Below, one piece after another: positions 13,688 through 26,640 of a DNA stretch of 64,000 nt. Each line of letters starts with the position of its first letter. The first letter of the stretch is position 1. This stretch comes from Macrostomum lignano (taxonomy: Eukaryota). A model generated the notes under the pieces. The model ran no database searches. It saw only the letters and a program-made list of their open reading frames with translations, and was not told the origin of the DNA. The stretch covers positions 1 through 64,000 of the forward strand of contig NIVC01002522.1 of NCBI GenBank assembly GCA_002269645.1, in the 5' to 3' direction. Made by a program: the position numbers and the translations under genes.

Positions 13688-14720
13688 GGTTGACGCCAGC
13701 CGAAGCGTCGGGATGGATCAGCTTGATTGATTTTGTTTAAACACCACTGGCCCAGTTGTCGTTGGGTTTCAGCCAAGGACCACTGTAGTATAACAGGGCG
13801 TAAAACGCAAGGATCGTGTGATTTTTTGGAGCCCAATGAATATCAATCATTGATTATGTGATTAAAAATGATTTTTCCTATCTCCGCAGTGTACATTTTT
13901 CCTGGAAATCGGCCTCCGAAAAATCACACGGTCCTTGAGTTTTACGTCATGTTACACTACAGTGGTCCTTGCTCCTTTCACCATAGACAATTTTCACAGA
14001 CAGCCTGCTCGTCGGTGTCCAGTATAATTGTCCCATTACCACATCGGACAAACAACGCAGACTTGGAAAGACATCTTAGTGGCCCTTGTAACAAAATTGA
14101 GTCCACATCGATTATTTCACTTACCCGAAAACACTGCTCATGCCTACTCAGACAACTACTTGTGAGGCCTTTTGAGTAGAAAGGTCGTTAATATTTTATA
14201 TCCGATTGGCTATAGATTATAAAATCTACGTATCCTACTATCGTGGGTTTATTAATAGTTAATCAGTAGCCATAGAAGCGTCATCAAGCGGACTTAGTGC
14301 AGTTGGTCAAGAACCCGTCCGATATGTATAGAAAATTAACTTCTTAAAGCATTAGATTTTGGGATTGATTTGCACTCGTATAGCTACAGCTCATAGCCAC
14401 TCAATAATAAAGCTGTCGTGTCAAGATGGATTTTTCGAGCACGCGAGAGGATTTACTCAGCTGCATGGGAACCGCGTCACGTGCTAGCAGCTAAGCCAGC
14501 TGCCATGTGCAAGACTTCATCATGTAAATCTCCCATGGGCAACTGCAGTAGGCCGCTGCACTCGACAATCGTGTAAATTTCGCTAAACAGGAAGGTCTTC
14601 AGTTTTTTAGCACTGAATTCTCAACACATTTTTTAAATTCTTGGACATTTGTCAGATATTTTACGTAAAATATATAGTGGCCAGTTGCTGTATTTCATTA
14701 TTAGGAATGCTTTATAAGAG

Positions 14721-15160
14721 GCCAGTGACATCTGCTGCCAGTGACATTTGACTGCCAGTGACATTTGATTGCCAGTGACATCTGACTGCCAGTGACATTT
14801 GACTGCCAGTGACATTTGATTGCCAGTGACATCTGACTGCCAGTGACATTTGACTGCCAGTGACATTTGACTGCCAGTGACATCTGACTGCCAGTGACAT
14901 TTGACTGCCAGTGACATTTGACTGCCAGTGACATTTGACTGCCAGTGACATTTGACTGCCAGTGAAATTTGACTGCCAGTGACATTTGACTGCCAGTGAC
15001 ATTTGACTGCCAGTGACATTTGACTGCCAGTGACATTTGACTGCCAGTGACATTTGACTGCCAGTGAAATTTGACTGCCAGTGAAATTTGACTGCCAGTG
15101 ACATTTGACTGCCAGTGACATTTGACTGCCAGTGACATTTGACTGCCAGTGACATCTGAC
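14721..15160. repeat. 17-bp tandem repeat (gccagtgacatttgact)
   Basis: Direct reading, about 26 units. Confidence 0.96.
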
Positions 15161-15854
15161 TTCCAGGGGATTTACACACTACAGATGCTTCCCTACCTAT
15201 AGCTGTCACATTTGCCGAGTTGCCTGCCTAGCACCAGGAAAATCCCCAAAACTAGTACAAATTTACAGCATTGATAGTTGCCGTTGTAATGGTCGGTGTC
15301 AGAATTCCCCTTCCCAGTTTTACCCAACTTTACTAAAAATAACATTAACAAAAGAACCAATAAAGTAGAAAATTTTTATAATAGTCGAAAAATCGCAGAC
15401 TGCAATCTCAAATCAAATACATATCATACTACTATTAGTATATTTTTTTGTTTTCTCGTCATTTCAGAGCCGCTACTCGTCGTACAGAAATAGTGTTCTT
15501 TATAAGTAGTATATGGAGCAAATGCGCATGACTTGCGAGCGAGTGACAGGGTATTAGCAAAGAAACATTCAACTCAGAGGGAATCATACAGGCGATTATG
15601 AGCTAATAGATTTTTAGCGATAATCTCGCTTCTCTGAATATCAGTAACTGAAAAAAATAATACAGTCTCTTCGGCAACGACTTTGTCAGAATAATTCAAT
15701 CAGAAGATTATCGATAATTTGTTAAATTGATTCAGTTAAACACCGTTCAAAACTGCCACAAGTTCGTATATGGGGCTCATTGTCCTGTCTACACGGGCTG
15801 GATACAAGCAACTGGGTTCTATGAGAAGGAATTCCAACGGTTGGCAATGTTAAA

Positions 15855-16500
15855 TAGGGAATTTCATTTGAAAGGGATTTCCAGGTATTTTACACGGAAT
15901 TCTAATTAAAGGGATTCCCAGGGTTTTTTATAGGGAATTCCAATTAAGTGGGATTTCCAGGATTTTCCGATAGGGACTTTCAATTAAAGAGGATTCCCTG
16001 GGCTTTTTGATAGAGAATTCCAATTAAATGGGATTCCCAGGGTTTTCTGATAGGGAATTCCAATAAAATGGGATTCCCAGGGTTTTTTATAGGGAATTCC
16101 AATTAAATGGGATTTCCAGGATTTTCCGATAGGGACTTTCAATTAAAGAGGATTCCCTGGGCTTTTTGATAGGGAATTCCAATTAAATGGGATTTCCAGA
16201 GTTTTCTGATAGGGAATTCCAATTAAATGGGATTTCCAGGGTTTTCTGATAGGGACTTTCAATTAAATAGGATTCCCTGGGCTTTTTGATAGAGAATTCC
16301 AATTAAATGGGATTCCTAGGACTTGTTGATAGGGAATTCCAATTAAATTGGATTTCCAGGGATTTTTAATAGGGAATTCCAACGAAAGGGGATTCCGAGG
16401 GTTTTCTGATAGGGAATTCAAATTTAAGGGGATTCCCAGGGTTTTCTTATAGGGAATTCCAATTAAAGGGGATTCCCAGGGTTTCTGATAGGGAATTCCC
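15855..16500. repeat. Degenerate 40-bp tandem repeat (atagggaattccaattaaatgggattcccagggttttctg)
   Basis: About 16 diverged units. Confidence 0.92.
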
Positions 16501-16706
16501 GAAGCCGGCTGACAGGGAATTCTTATTGAACGGGCTAAAGTGTCGATTCCTGTCTAAAAATTCATAATAAATGACTAAATTCTATTTACTTTGAAGTATC
16601 TTATACAAGTAAATGATAAAATAGTAAAACAGGCGATTAGGCTAAAAGTAGGGAGTGAGAGGGGGGTTTGGGCGGACGAGCTCGAAATTGCAGCGAGTCA
16701 GCGAGG

Positions 16707-19145
16707 TCAGTCCACGGGGCAGGGCGCGATCACATCGACAGAGGACGAGGCCGAGCCGAGGTCGCCAACGCCGGAAGCGATTCGAAGACGTTCAGCCGCA
16801 GCCAGGAGGTCGTCCAGCCCGACGGCGTGCTGAGAAACGGCGGCTTCAACAGCGGCGTCGGCGTCGCCTTGAGCCTCGGCCAGGACGCGTCGGAGCCGGC
16901 CGACAGCGGCCAGCCGGCAGAGCTCGCGCAGGTCGCTACCGGACAGTCCGGGCGTGGCCGCGGCGACTCGATTGAGACCGGCGGCAACGTCGCCGCCGAT
17001 CGGTTCGCCGGCCAGCAGCACCTCGAGAATGCGGAGGCGCTGCGCCTCGTCCGGCAGGCCGATTCGAACCTGGCAGGGCAGTCGGCGCAGGATTGCAGCG
17101 TCCACTGCGTGGCGCCGATTTGTGGCGCCATGACCACTACGCGAGAGTCGCTCCTGCGGAGGCGCGGAGGTTCAGCTGACCGTTTGCACTTTTAGGTGGC
17201 CGGGTCCTATGTTACTCTGGAGCGTACTCTCCGTGAATCGAGCTGACATGCCAGTTCATGAACTGGGATGCCATTTTATCAACTGATGTGCCACTTTATG
17301 AACTGGGGTGCCATTTTATGAACTGGGATGCCATTTTATGAACTGGGATGCCATTTTATGAACTCGGGTGCCATTTTACGAACTGGGTGCCATTTTATGA
17401 ACTGATGTGCCAATTTATGAACTGGGGTGCCATTTTATGAACTGGGGTGCCATTTTATGAACTGGGATGCCATTTTATCAACTGATGTTCCCTTTTTTAA
17501 CTGGGATGCCATTTTATGAATTGGGGTGCCATTTTATGAACTGGGATGCCATTTTATGAATTGGGTGTCATTTTATAAACTGGGGTGCCATTTTACGTGT
17601 TAATAGATAATATATAAAGGGAACGAAATTGATAGAATGTTTAACCTGGTCAGCAGACCGTCCCAGAAGGTCATAAACTGAGTCTTGACCTTCTCCGAGC
17701 ACTCGTGCCCGCCGCCCATCCGATCTCGATTGCCTAGAAAGCTGTCCAACTCGTCAACAAACACAATAACTGGCTGCAGCTTTTGCGCCAACGAGAACAG
17801 CGCTTCGACTCGTTTCTCCGACTCGCCGACCCATTTGTCGAATAGCGAGCTCAGTCTGACATTGAGAAACCTGGCACCGGCGGCTTTAGCCGTGGCCTTG
17901 GCTATGAGAGTCTTGCCGCAGCCAGGCGGCCCGTACAGCAGCACACCTTTGGGCGGCTGCAGCAGGCGGCTGCGCTCGGCCAATCGGGGATGCCTCAGCG
18001 GCAGCACCACACTCTCCCGCAGCTCCGCTATGGCTTCATCAAGGCCGCCAATATCCGCCCAGGTAGCGTCCAGGCCGGCCGGATCGACCAGGTCGGCGGC
18101 CAGCACCAGTTCGTAGTCTGTCAGGCGGACTGACGGGTCGGCACCGATGGCGCGAAGGATTCTGGCAGCCGCCTGCGGATGGTGACTAATTGGATTAGTG
18201 CTGCAGCCACTTTAATCTGCATCCCTCCAGCCTTTCAGAGTCCTTGCAGGCAGCACAGGTAAAACAGGAAAAATTAACTTTAGACGACTCAAAAACGACG
18301 AGAGGTCGCGGTACAAGTCGCCTGAGGTCGATTTGAGGCGCTTTATTGTCTGCGACTCAGCTAGAACGCTTCTATATTGACTCTGGGGCCGCTAAAGAGT
18401 TGCAATCACTCTTTAGCGATTCTTGTCACGGTAACTTTTTCAACGGGCCGAGCTTCTCCAGCCAGTGCCATTCCCTCTCCAATCTGCATTCCTGCCCAAT
18501 CCAGCCACTGCCATTCCCTCTCCAAGCTGCCAATCCAGCCAGTGCCATTCCCTCTCCAAGCTGCCAATCCAGCCAGTGCCATTCCCTCTCCAAGCTGCCA
18601 ATCCAGTCAGAGCCATTCCCTCTCCAATCTGCATTCCTGCCCAATCCAGCCAGTGCCATTCCCTCTCCAATCTGCATTCCTGCCCAATCCAGCCAGTGCC
18701 ATTCCCTCTCCAATCTGCATTCCTGCCCAATTCAGCCAGTGCCATTCCCTCTCCAATCTGCCAATCCAGCCCTGTAGCTCTACAGAAGCCTCCGCAAGCC
18801 ATGCCGGCCACTGACCTGCTTAGCAGCCGCGTGATCCTTGCTAGCTGGATCGGCCAACTCGGACAGCAGGCGCCGCAGCACCAGCCAGGCAACCAGGACG
18901 GACAAGCCGGTGCCAGCCAGCGACAGCAGCAGTCGCCGGGTCTCTGGTGTATTCAACGCCGCCCATCTGGAAGCGCCGCCGCGGCCATTCGATGTGACCA
19001 TTGCAGTTGCGGCAGTTGTGGAGATGCCGGCAGCGGCTGCAGCGTCGCCTTTATTAATTCCTAGATAGCTGGCCACGCTGGCCAGGGCCTCCTGCACCTG
19101 CTGGTAGGCAGGAGACGATGTTACCACGCTGATGTAGTGGTCCAT
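16707..19145 (-). CDS. ATAD1: ATAD1/Msp1 outer-mitochondrial/peroxisomal membrane AAA+ dislocase (one frameshift)
   Basis: Exons 19145-18816, 18172-17646 and 17153-16707 with GT-AG and matching phases. N-terminal TM (GTGLSVLVAWLVLRR), LTDYELVLAADLVDP..TWADIGGL, Walker A GPPGCGKT, Walker B IVFVDE, DAAILRRLP. The sensor-1 MGATNR motif is broken by a missing base near 17128. Confidence 0.93.
17240..17597. repeat. About 20-bp tandem repeat (tgccattttatgaactggg) in ATAD1 intron 2
   Basis: Direct reading. Confidence 0.93.
18458..18770. repeat. Composite tandem repeat (ccagccagtgccattccctctccaa plus two alternative tails) in ATAD1 intron 1
   Basis: Direct reading; about 34- and 43-bp variants interleaved. 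Confidence 0.92.
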
Positions 19146-21983
19146 CAACAATTTTTAAACAGATAAAATTGAGAACCTACTACAATTATACAACTGTGTT
19201 CATGTTTACACTTGAATAAGCTAGGGGCTAGTGCATTTTGCCTGGCAATATCTGGTGTACAATTGAAAATACTTTTGGGTAACTTCTAGTGCACATAAAA
19301 CATGATCCTGACAATGTAATTTATATGCATGTAGATAGTTGACTAGTTGAGTACAGTGCCAGGCAAGTTTTATTAACCTTTTTGCAAAGATAAAAAGTTG
19401 GCAAACAAGAAACTTTAATTTATTTAATTTTATTTTTAGTATTGGCGTAAAAAACTTAATACAATGACATGGAATACAAAACTAATAATTTTGATTCCAG
19501 AACTAGAATCAATAGGAAAATGAAATGTATCAATTTTTTGTTTTTCTTCAATTAAATTACTTTTAAAAAGATAAAAACATTTCTAACTCAAATATGGCAG
19601 GCCTATACTTTTGACCTTTGAGTGTTCTTTTTTATATATTTATTAAACTTTTTGTTTATATTGCTAGTTCAATTTTACAACTTTTCAAAATATGACAAAT
19701 ACCAAAACACCATGCTCAGCCAGGCAATTTATATTCCCCTTGCTGGTCAAGCAGACAAGGTAGCCTCCTATTTAACATATTCCATTACAAAATAATTAAA
19801 ATAATGCAGAGATTGCCTTTTCTCTTCACCAAAGACAATATTATTTTAAAAACTAAAGCAGCTTCTGAAATAGATATGCCTTAGCCTTGGCCAGATTACA
19901 AAAGCCAATTTTTTGCAAGGGTCACTTTTATTTTCTTCTTTTTGAAGAACTAAGGCCTTGGAAATGGACAAATATGAGATCATTAAGGACAGGTATGTAA
20001 AAATGCTAGGCCTAATGGCAAGGATAAAATATGTAAATGAAAAACAAAGAAAATGAAATGTTATTTGAGCTACATTACAAAAAGAAAAAAAAAATGTTTT
20101 AAACAGCAGCAAATTAACAAAAAAGGTTTTGTAGAAGTGCATTCAAGACAATACTGAAGCTGAAAGTTATAGCTTAACTTCAGAGTAATGTGAAAATAAA
20201 TACAAGGCTTTAAAGAAGTTTAGCAACTTTCAAATGCTATGTAGCCTATAAAACATTGACTTAAGCTGACCACAAGCATATTCTACATTTTTTCTAGTTG
20301 ATACTAGTTTTTTATTGTATATTTTCTAAACATTAGTACAATTACCATATCATTTTCAATAAATAGAGTCATTAGAACATTGAGTAGTAGATAAGCATCA
20401 TCTCTAAGTAGATACAGTCTATACATTTGTTCTTCTGCAATCTAGGCTGATAGTGAATTATATTGAAAACCACAAGCATTATGCATTTATGCCAAATCTT
20501 ATAAATACATAATAAAATTTAAAGCTTGGTGATGTTACAACTTGTAATGTTATTGCTTGATTATATTTTTGTTGTATAGTCAATAGATATAATTGAAATT
20601 TCTACATGACATCCATTAGTTGTTCAAAAAATAGTTTGGAACCCATATCATTCTAGAAACTCTATTGTATTATCAATTGCTTCCATAACTGTTGGCCAAG
20701 CTTGATATAAAATGATAATACAGCTAAGACAATTTTTCTTGCCATGGTAGGCTTTTATACAATTTGATTGACTTCCCGTGCCAAGGTCATACAATACGAT
20801 ACTTCTAATTCTGATTGATTGCATTGGTGTCTAATATAGTCTAATATACATATTATACATGCCCAATATATCATAGTCCCAAGTATGTACCATGCATGCA
20901 AGAATTTTTTGCTTTGCATGCTGCTGGGAGGATTGGATCAAATTCACCAAGTGTGCGCCGATGGACTGAGGGGGGAGAGGTTGACAATTGACAAAGTGAC
21001 TACCATTTAAGTGTTGCAATTGGCAACTGATAAAGTGACCATGTTTAGAGGTCCACTAATTAGCCAATTGACGAAGTGACCTGCTGAGGGCAATAGAATA
21101 GCTTCCCAGTTGACAAAACGCCAGTTGAAAATTTGACTAGGATCCCAATCCTAACCGGTCGTTTCGCCCATAAACCGTTTCGGCCATGGACATTTCGCCC
21201 CCAGACCATTTCGCCCACAGACCGTTTCGGCCATGGACAGTTTCGCCTCCAATTCGGACCAGGGACCAGGACCAATAATATCGTCTCCAATATTTAGCAA
21301 AACAACAATGCAACTAAATAAATTAGCAAAAACGGTTTAGTTAAGTTATGCGTCGGGACCTTGTCATAGTAAGTCATTGTACGCTGCCTTTATCAGGCTA
21401 GCAACCTAAGGTAAGGCAGTAAGAAAAAATATCTAATAAGTTGATATCAGCATATGAAGATAATCATAAACTGTCTTGAGCAGGCTAATTGGATCACTAA
21501 GGGCTAAGGCTAAGCTACACACAACAGTTACAAAAGCCCGATGAAGTCATGCATGCATGAAGACCGAATAAGGAATCAGAATTGGCTCAGAGGACAGCTA
21601 GTTCAGTTAACAAGAAACAGCGCTGGAAGTTTAAAAAAGTAACTAGAGGAATACAATATTTATGCTATATGCTAGTAAGATATTCTAATTAGCTTACAGT
21701 TTCATTGGTATTTATTCTGAAAATTGTTTCTTTGAAAATCGGATATGTTACTTATTTTGTTAACTTCAGTTGTTTTAAAAAGTTCCGAGCTTATTTTAGC
21801 CTAACATTTAGAATGCATGCTTCTTCAAGGAAATGCATGGCGCTGAATGGAGTTTCTGTTTCACTATTGATACGTTCGGTCGAGAAAAATCCGCATGAAA
21901 ATTAGTTTTCGAGACCTTGCCCTGGCGATACGAAAAATTACAAGCGTCGAGCTTATTTGTAATCAAGAGTAGCGTTCTTTCTA

Positions 21984-22473
21984 CAGGTGTCGGCAATTAC
22001 TCGATCCGCGGCCCGCGGGCCACATGCGGCCCATGAAAATTTCTCAATCCGGCCCTCGCGGGTCTTTTGAAACTTCATAATGGCAATCCGGCCCACTCAA
22101 GGTCTCTTCTCAGCTTTCTTACCTCGACTCTCTCCCCTTTCTTTAGTTTCATTGCCTGTCTGCAGCGCTCTCTCATCTTCTCTCCCCATCTCTTCTCTCC
22201 TTTCATCTCTCATCTATCTATCTTCTCTTCTCATCCCCCTTTATTTCTCTCTCCTCTCTCTTAGCTTATATTCTCTCATATCTCTCCTATATCTCTTCTC
22301 TCTCTCTCGCCTTTCCTCTCTTCTCTTTCTCTCATCTCCTACTCGTACATGTATTTCCTCTTCTTTCTCTCAACTATAATTCCTTCTTCTCTCAGCTCTC
22401 ATCCAGCTTTCATCTGGTCCGCAAAAAAGTTCTTTACCCTAGCTTTTAGGTAAAAAAGCTTACCAACCCCTTG
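21984..22473 (+). mobile_element. hAT/Charlie-like MITE with an internal CT-rich tract (copy 1)
   Basis: Left end caggtgtcggcaa...gcggcccgcgggccacatgcggccc and right end aaaaaagcttaccaacccct resemble MER58/Charlie-type termini; shares aatggcaa..cccactcaagg with 57252-57926. Confidence 0.65.
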
Positions 22474-23321
22474 TTCTATTTGTATACTTGCTTGTCCCAT
22501 GTATCTAAACAGCAAACAGGGTTTAAATTGTTATTATATATTTTAAACTCTAACCCCCTTCTAACTTTTGCAGTGAATTAATCACCCTAAAAATGAATAC
22601 AATTTTAATTGGCTCGCATCTACGTAGCTTTTAATGCTAGCTGCTGTAACTTGATCATTCTCACTGCACTCGTAAACACATGCAAATGTAACTATATATT
22701 TATTTACCTTTTCAGCGCGTTGCGTTTCGGCGGTTTCAGAATGAGCAAGTAGGTTTACATAATTTAGAAGTATATATATACGTTCGAAGGAGGCTGAGAG
22801 TAATTATATTTTTCAGTATAGTTAATACAGCATTCAATAGCAGTACCACTTGCAGTATCAGAGGAGCATTATGAAAAATAATTAACTTAATAAATAGGTC
22901 TTAGATACTTCTCGAGTCGGAAAATTAATAAAATTATTAATGCGAGCTATATAAGCAAGGCGCGCCTAATATGAATGAACGTTAATTTATATAGTACCCA
23001 ATAATGGTTGAGATAGAAGATTTTGTGTAGAGAAAATTGTTTGGCTTTGCTTTTACTTTCTATAATCTATAATTTACTTCAATTTGCTTGAAAATCTTCA
23101 GTCAAAGCAGCTTTAAAAGCGCTTTTTAGTTCTCATGGGAGAATGACAGAATGTGCATCAGCGATGGGAAAACAAAACTGACAGAAATGTTAACTTAATG
23201 GAGTTCTATGCAAGCTTAAACTCGATCCTGTTGAAGTCCAATTTTGTTAATGTTTTACATGTATAGCTGGTACATGTAGATGCGAATGGGTTTTAGACTG
23301 TTTGGGACAGATTCACAAGAC

Positions 23322-23930
23322 GGAGGGGTCAGATTCTCTAGAGGGAGGGGTCAGATTCTCTAGAGGGAGGGGTCAGATTCTCTAGAGGGAGGGGTCAGAT
23401 TCTCTAGAGGGAGGGGTCAGATTCTCTAGAGGAAGGGTCAGATTCTCTAGAGGGAGGGGTCAAATTCTATAGAGGGAGGGTCAGATTCTCTAGAGGAAGG
23501 GGTCAGATTCTCTGGAGGGAGGGGTCAGATTCTCTAGAGGAAGGGTCAGATTCTCTAGAGGGAGGGGTCAGATTCTCTAGAGGGAGGGGTCAGATTCTCT
23601 AGAGGGAGGGGTCAGATTCTCTAGAGGGAGGGGTCAGATTCTCTAGAGGGAGCGGTCAGATTCTCTGGAGGGAGGGGTCAGATTCTCTAGAGGAAGGGGT
23701 CAGATTCTCTAGAGGGAGGGGTCAGATTGGCTGAGGAAGGGGTCAGATTCTCTAGAGGGAGGGGTCATATTCTCTAGAGGGAGGGGTCAGATTCTCTGTA
23801 GGGAGGGGTCAGATTCTCTAGAAGAAGGGTCAGATTCTCTAGAAGAAGGGTCAGATTCTCTTGAGGGAGGGGTCATATTCTCTAGAGGGAGGGGTCAGAT
23901 TCTCTGGAGGGAGGGGTCAGATTCTCTGGA
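23322..23930. repeat. 22-bp tandem repeat (ggggtcagattctctagaggga)
   Basis: Direct reading, about 27 units. Confidence 0.96.
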
Positions 23931-24661
23931 GAGTATCTGCTACCTCAAATATAAAAAAGAATCTTAACAGCATTTAAGACAACTAAGTTCAGTGATTACA
24001 GAAGATTGACGCTAGATCGAATGAAACGCGTCGTTATTTTCTTATAGCTAGAACACAAAACACTAAGCAAACGAGTTCAGCGTGCAATACATCGAAATAA
24101 AAATGCTAAAAAAATAGTGAAATACTGACGAGACCAATTAACTTATGATCATCAGGCTCCGGTCCAGTTCAACTGATTTCCTAAACAAACCGGAACGATC
24201 GACATACCGAATGAACCGGATCGGAACCGGAAGAAGTTCATAGCTTGGTAGCTGTTTAACGACGCTAAAACAGGGCTAATTGTATGCAAGGTCCACTAGA
24301 AGTTATACCTTGCATCGTGCTACAAGTTCGAGAATTGCGTCCAAGGACATCTATAATGATACAACGATAACTTCTAGTAGTCCTTGATTGCATGCATAAG
24401 CAAACACTAATAAGCATAAGTTAGCTAGTAGAACGACTGCGCAAGCAGTTTAAGGTATACATGTAGCCATAGCCATGATTAAATATTGGTATAAATCTAA
24501 TGAAGAACACGAAATTGTCGTAAAACATAGCTTTTGACTTTATTACGAGTTGTGGCGGTGCACAGCCCGGATCGAGAACTTAGGGCGTTCGCACGCAGGC
24601 GCAGGTGACTTCACCCAGCCAGCCAAGCTTGGATTTGTCTGGGAGGACACAGGGTCGCAGT

Positions 24662-24897
24662 CACAAACCAGAAATATCATAACTCCGAAAGCACTCCCAT
24701 CATAAACCCGAAATATCACAAACCAGAAATATCATAACTCCGAAAGTGTTAGCAACGCCCATCATAGACCCGAAATATCACAAAGCCGAAATATCATAAC
24801 TCCGAATACCAAAATAGTGTTTGACATTGCTAGAACTTTCGGGTTATGATATTTCGGGTTTATGATATTTCGGGTTTATGATATTTCGGGTTTATGA
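24662..24897. mobile_element. Small foldback element whose arms are tandem 17-bp sub-repeats
   Basis: Left arm has cataaacccgaaatatca-type units; right arm 24837-24897 is (tgatatttcgggtttat)n, the reverse complement. Confidence 0.7.
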
Positions 24898-26162
24898 ATG
24901 CGTACAAACTGTTGAACCGGCGGTTTTGAACCCGCTGAATTCCAATCCCCGGAACTATTTTTGCAAAAGAATATTAAGTTTTAAGTCGTACTCAAACAAA
25001 AACTTGTAAATAGGTTAGAAAAAAATGAGTAAACTTGTTGTTAAATTAAGATTTGAGGCAAGCCTTGATCTTGTCGGTTTTGATGTGCCGCGTAGAAATG
25101 AGTCCATCTAAACGCCTGTCTAAAACATGTGTTGGCAACTCTGGCCTCTGCCTCTCTCTCATTCCTTTAGGTTATTTTGAGCTTCTCTCCTCTCTCCTCT
25201 TTCCTCTCTCTCTCTCTTTTCTTATTTCATCTATCATCTCGTCTTCCCTCTCCTCTCTCCTCTCTTCTCTCCTCTCGTATTCCTTCTCTTTTGATAATCC
25301 ACTTCTCATCTCTTTTCTCTCATCTTGGCTCTCTCCTCTCTACTACTCTCTTTCTTCTCTTCTCTCCTCTCTCGTCTCTTCTCCCTCCCCTCTCTGCTCC
25401 CATATCTTTCTTCTCCTCTCTCCTCCCATCTCTTGTCTGTTCACTCTCGTCTCTGCTCTCTCATGTCAACTCTCTTTCTGTCATCTTTACTCTACAATCT
25501 GTTCTCTCATCTCTCTCCTCTGTACTCTTCTCTTTCCCCTCCTCTTTTTCCTTTCTCTTCTCTTCTCTTCTCTCGGAGAACTAAACTATACTGGCTACGC
25601 CCCTGAGATTCTGCATAGACATTCTCCTCGTTTCAGTAGGTTATCGCTGATTTGCCAGTAGTCTAGGAGTTCAATTGCAACACACACAGAGACAAAAATC
25701 GCTTGACTTTCAGTATATATAGAGACAAGCTGTTAAAACCTGCGGAATTTGAACCCGTGGAATTCCAATCCCCAGTATTTTTGCTTGTATTCTAAAATCT
25801 AAAGTCTTACTCAAACAAAAACTTGTTAATACTCGTAGTTAGGATATAGGTAAGCATAAAATGGAGTAAATTCGTGTAGAATAAAGATTTGAGGCAAGCA
25901 TTGATCTCGTTGGTAGAATGTCAGGCCATTTCTGTTTAAAACATGCATTGGCAGAAGTTGGCCTCTGCCTCTGCCTCTCTGTATATCCCTTGAATCCTTT
26001 GAAACTTCTATCTCCTCAGATTCTGTCTCCTCTCTTCTCTCTTGTCTTTTGTCTCTCCTCTTTTTTCTCGTCTCTTCCCTCTCCACTATTCTCCTCTCTT
26101 CTCTCGCGTCTCTTCTCTCTCGTCTCTGCTCTCCCATTTCTAATTTCTCCTCTTTTATCTAC

Positions 26163-26640
26163 TCTCTTATCTCCTCGCATTCTCTCCTGCTCTCTTATCT
26201 CCTCGCATTCTCTCCTGCTCTCTTATCTCCTCGCATTCTCTCCTGCTCTCTTATCTCCTCGCATTCTCTCCTGCTCTCTTATCTCCTCGCATTCTCTCCT
26301 GCTCTCTTATCTCCTCGCATTCTCTCCTGCTCTCTTATCTCCTCGCATTCTCTCCTGCTCTCTTATCTCCTCGCATTCTCTCCTGCTCTCTTATCTCCTC
26401 GCATTCTCTCCTGCTCTCTTATCTCCTCGCATTCTCTCCTGCTCTCTTATCTCCTCGCATTCTCTCCTGCTCTCTTATCTCCTCGCATTCTCTCCTGCTC
26501 TCTTATCTCCTCGCATTCTCTCCTGCTCTCTTATCTCCTCGCATTCTCTCCTGCTCTCTTATCTCCTCGCATTCTCTCCTGCTCTCTTATCTCCTCGCAT
26601 TCTCTCCTGCTCTCTTATCTCCTCGCATTCTCTCCTGCTC
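26163..26640. repeat. 28-bp perfect tandem repeat (ctcttatctcctcgcattctctcctgct) inside a CT-rich tract
   Basis: About 17 identical units. Confidence 0.96.
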
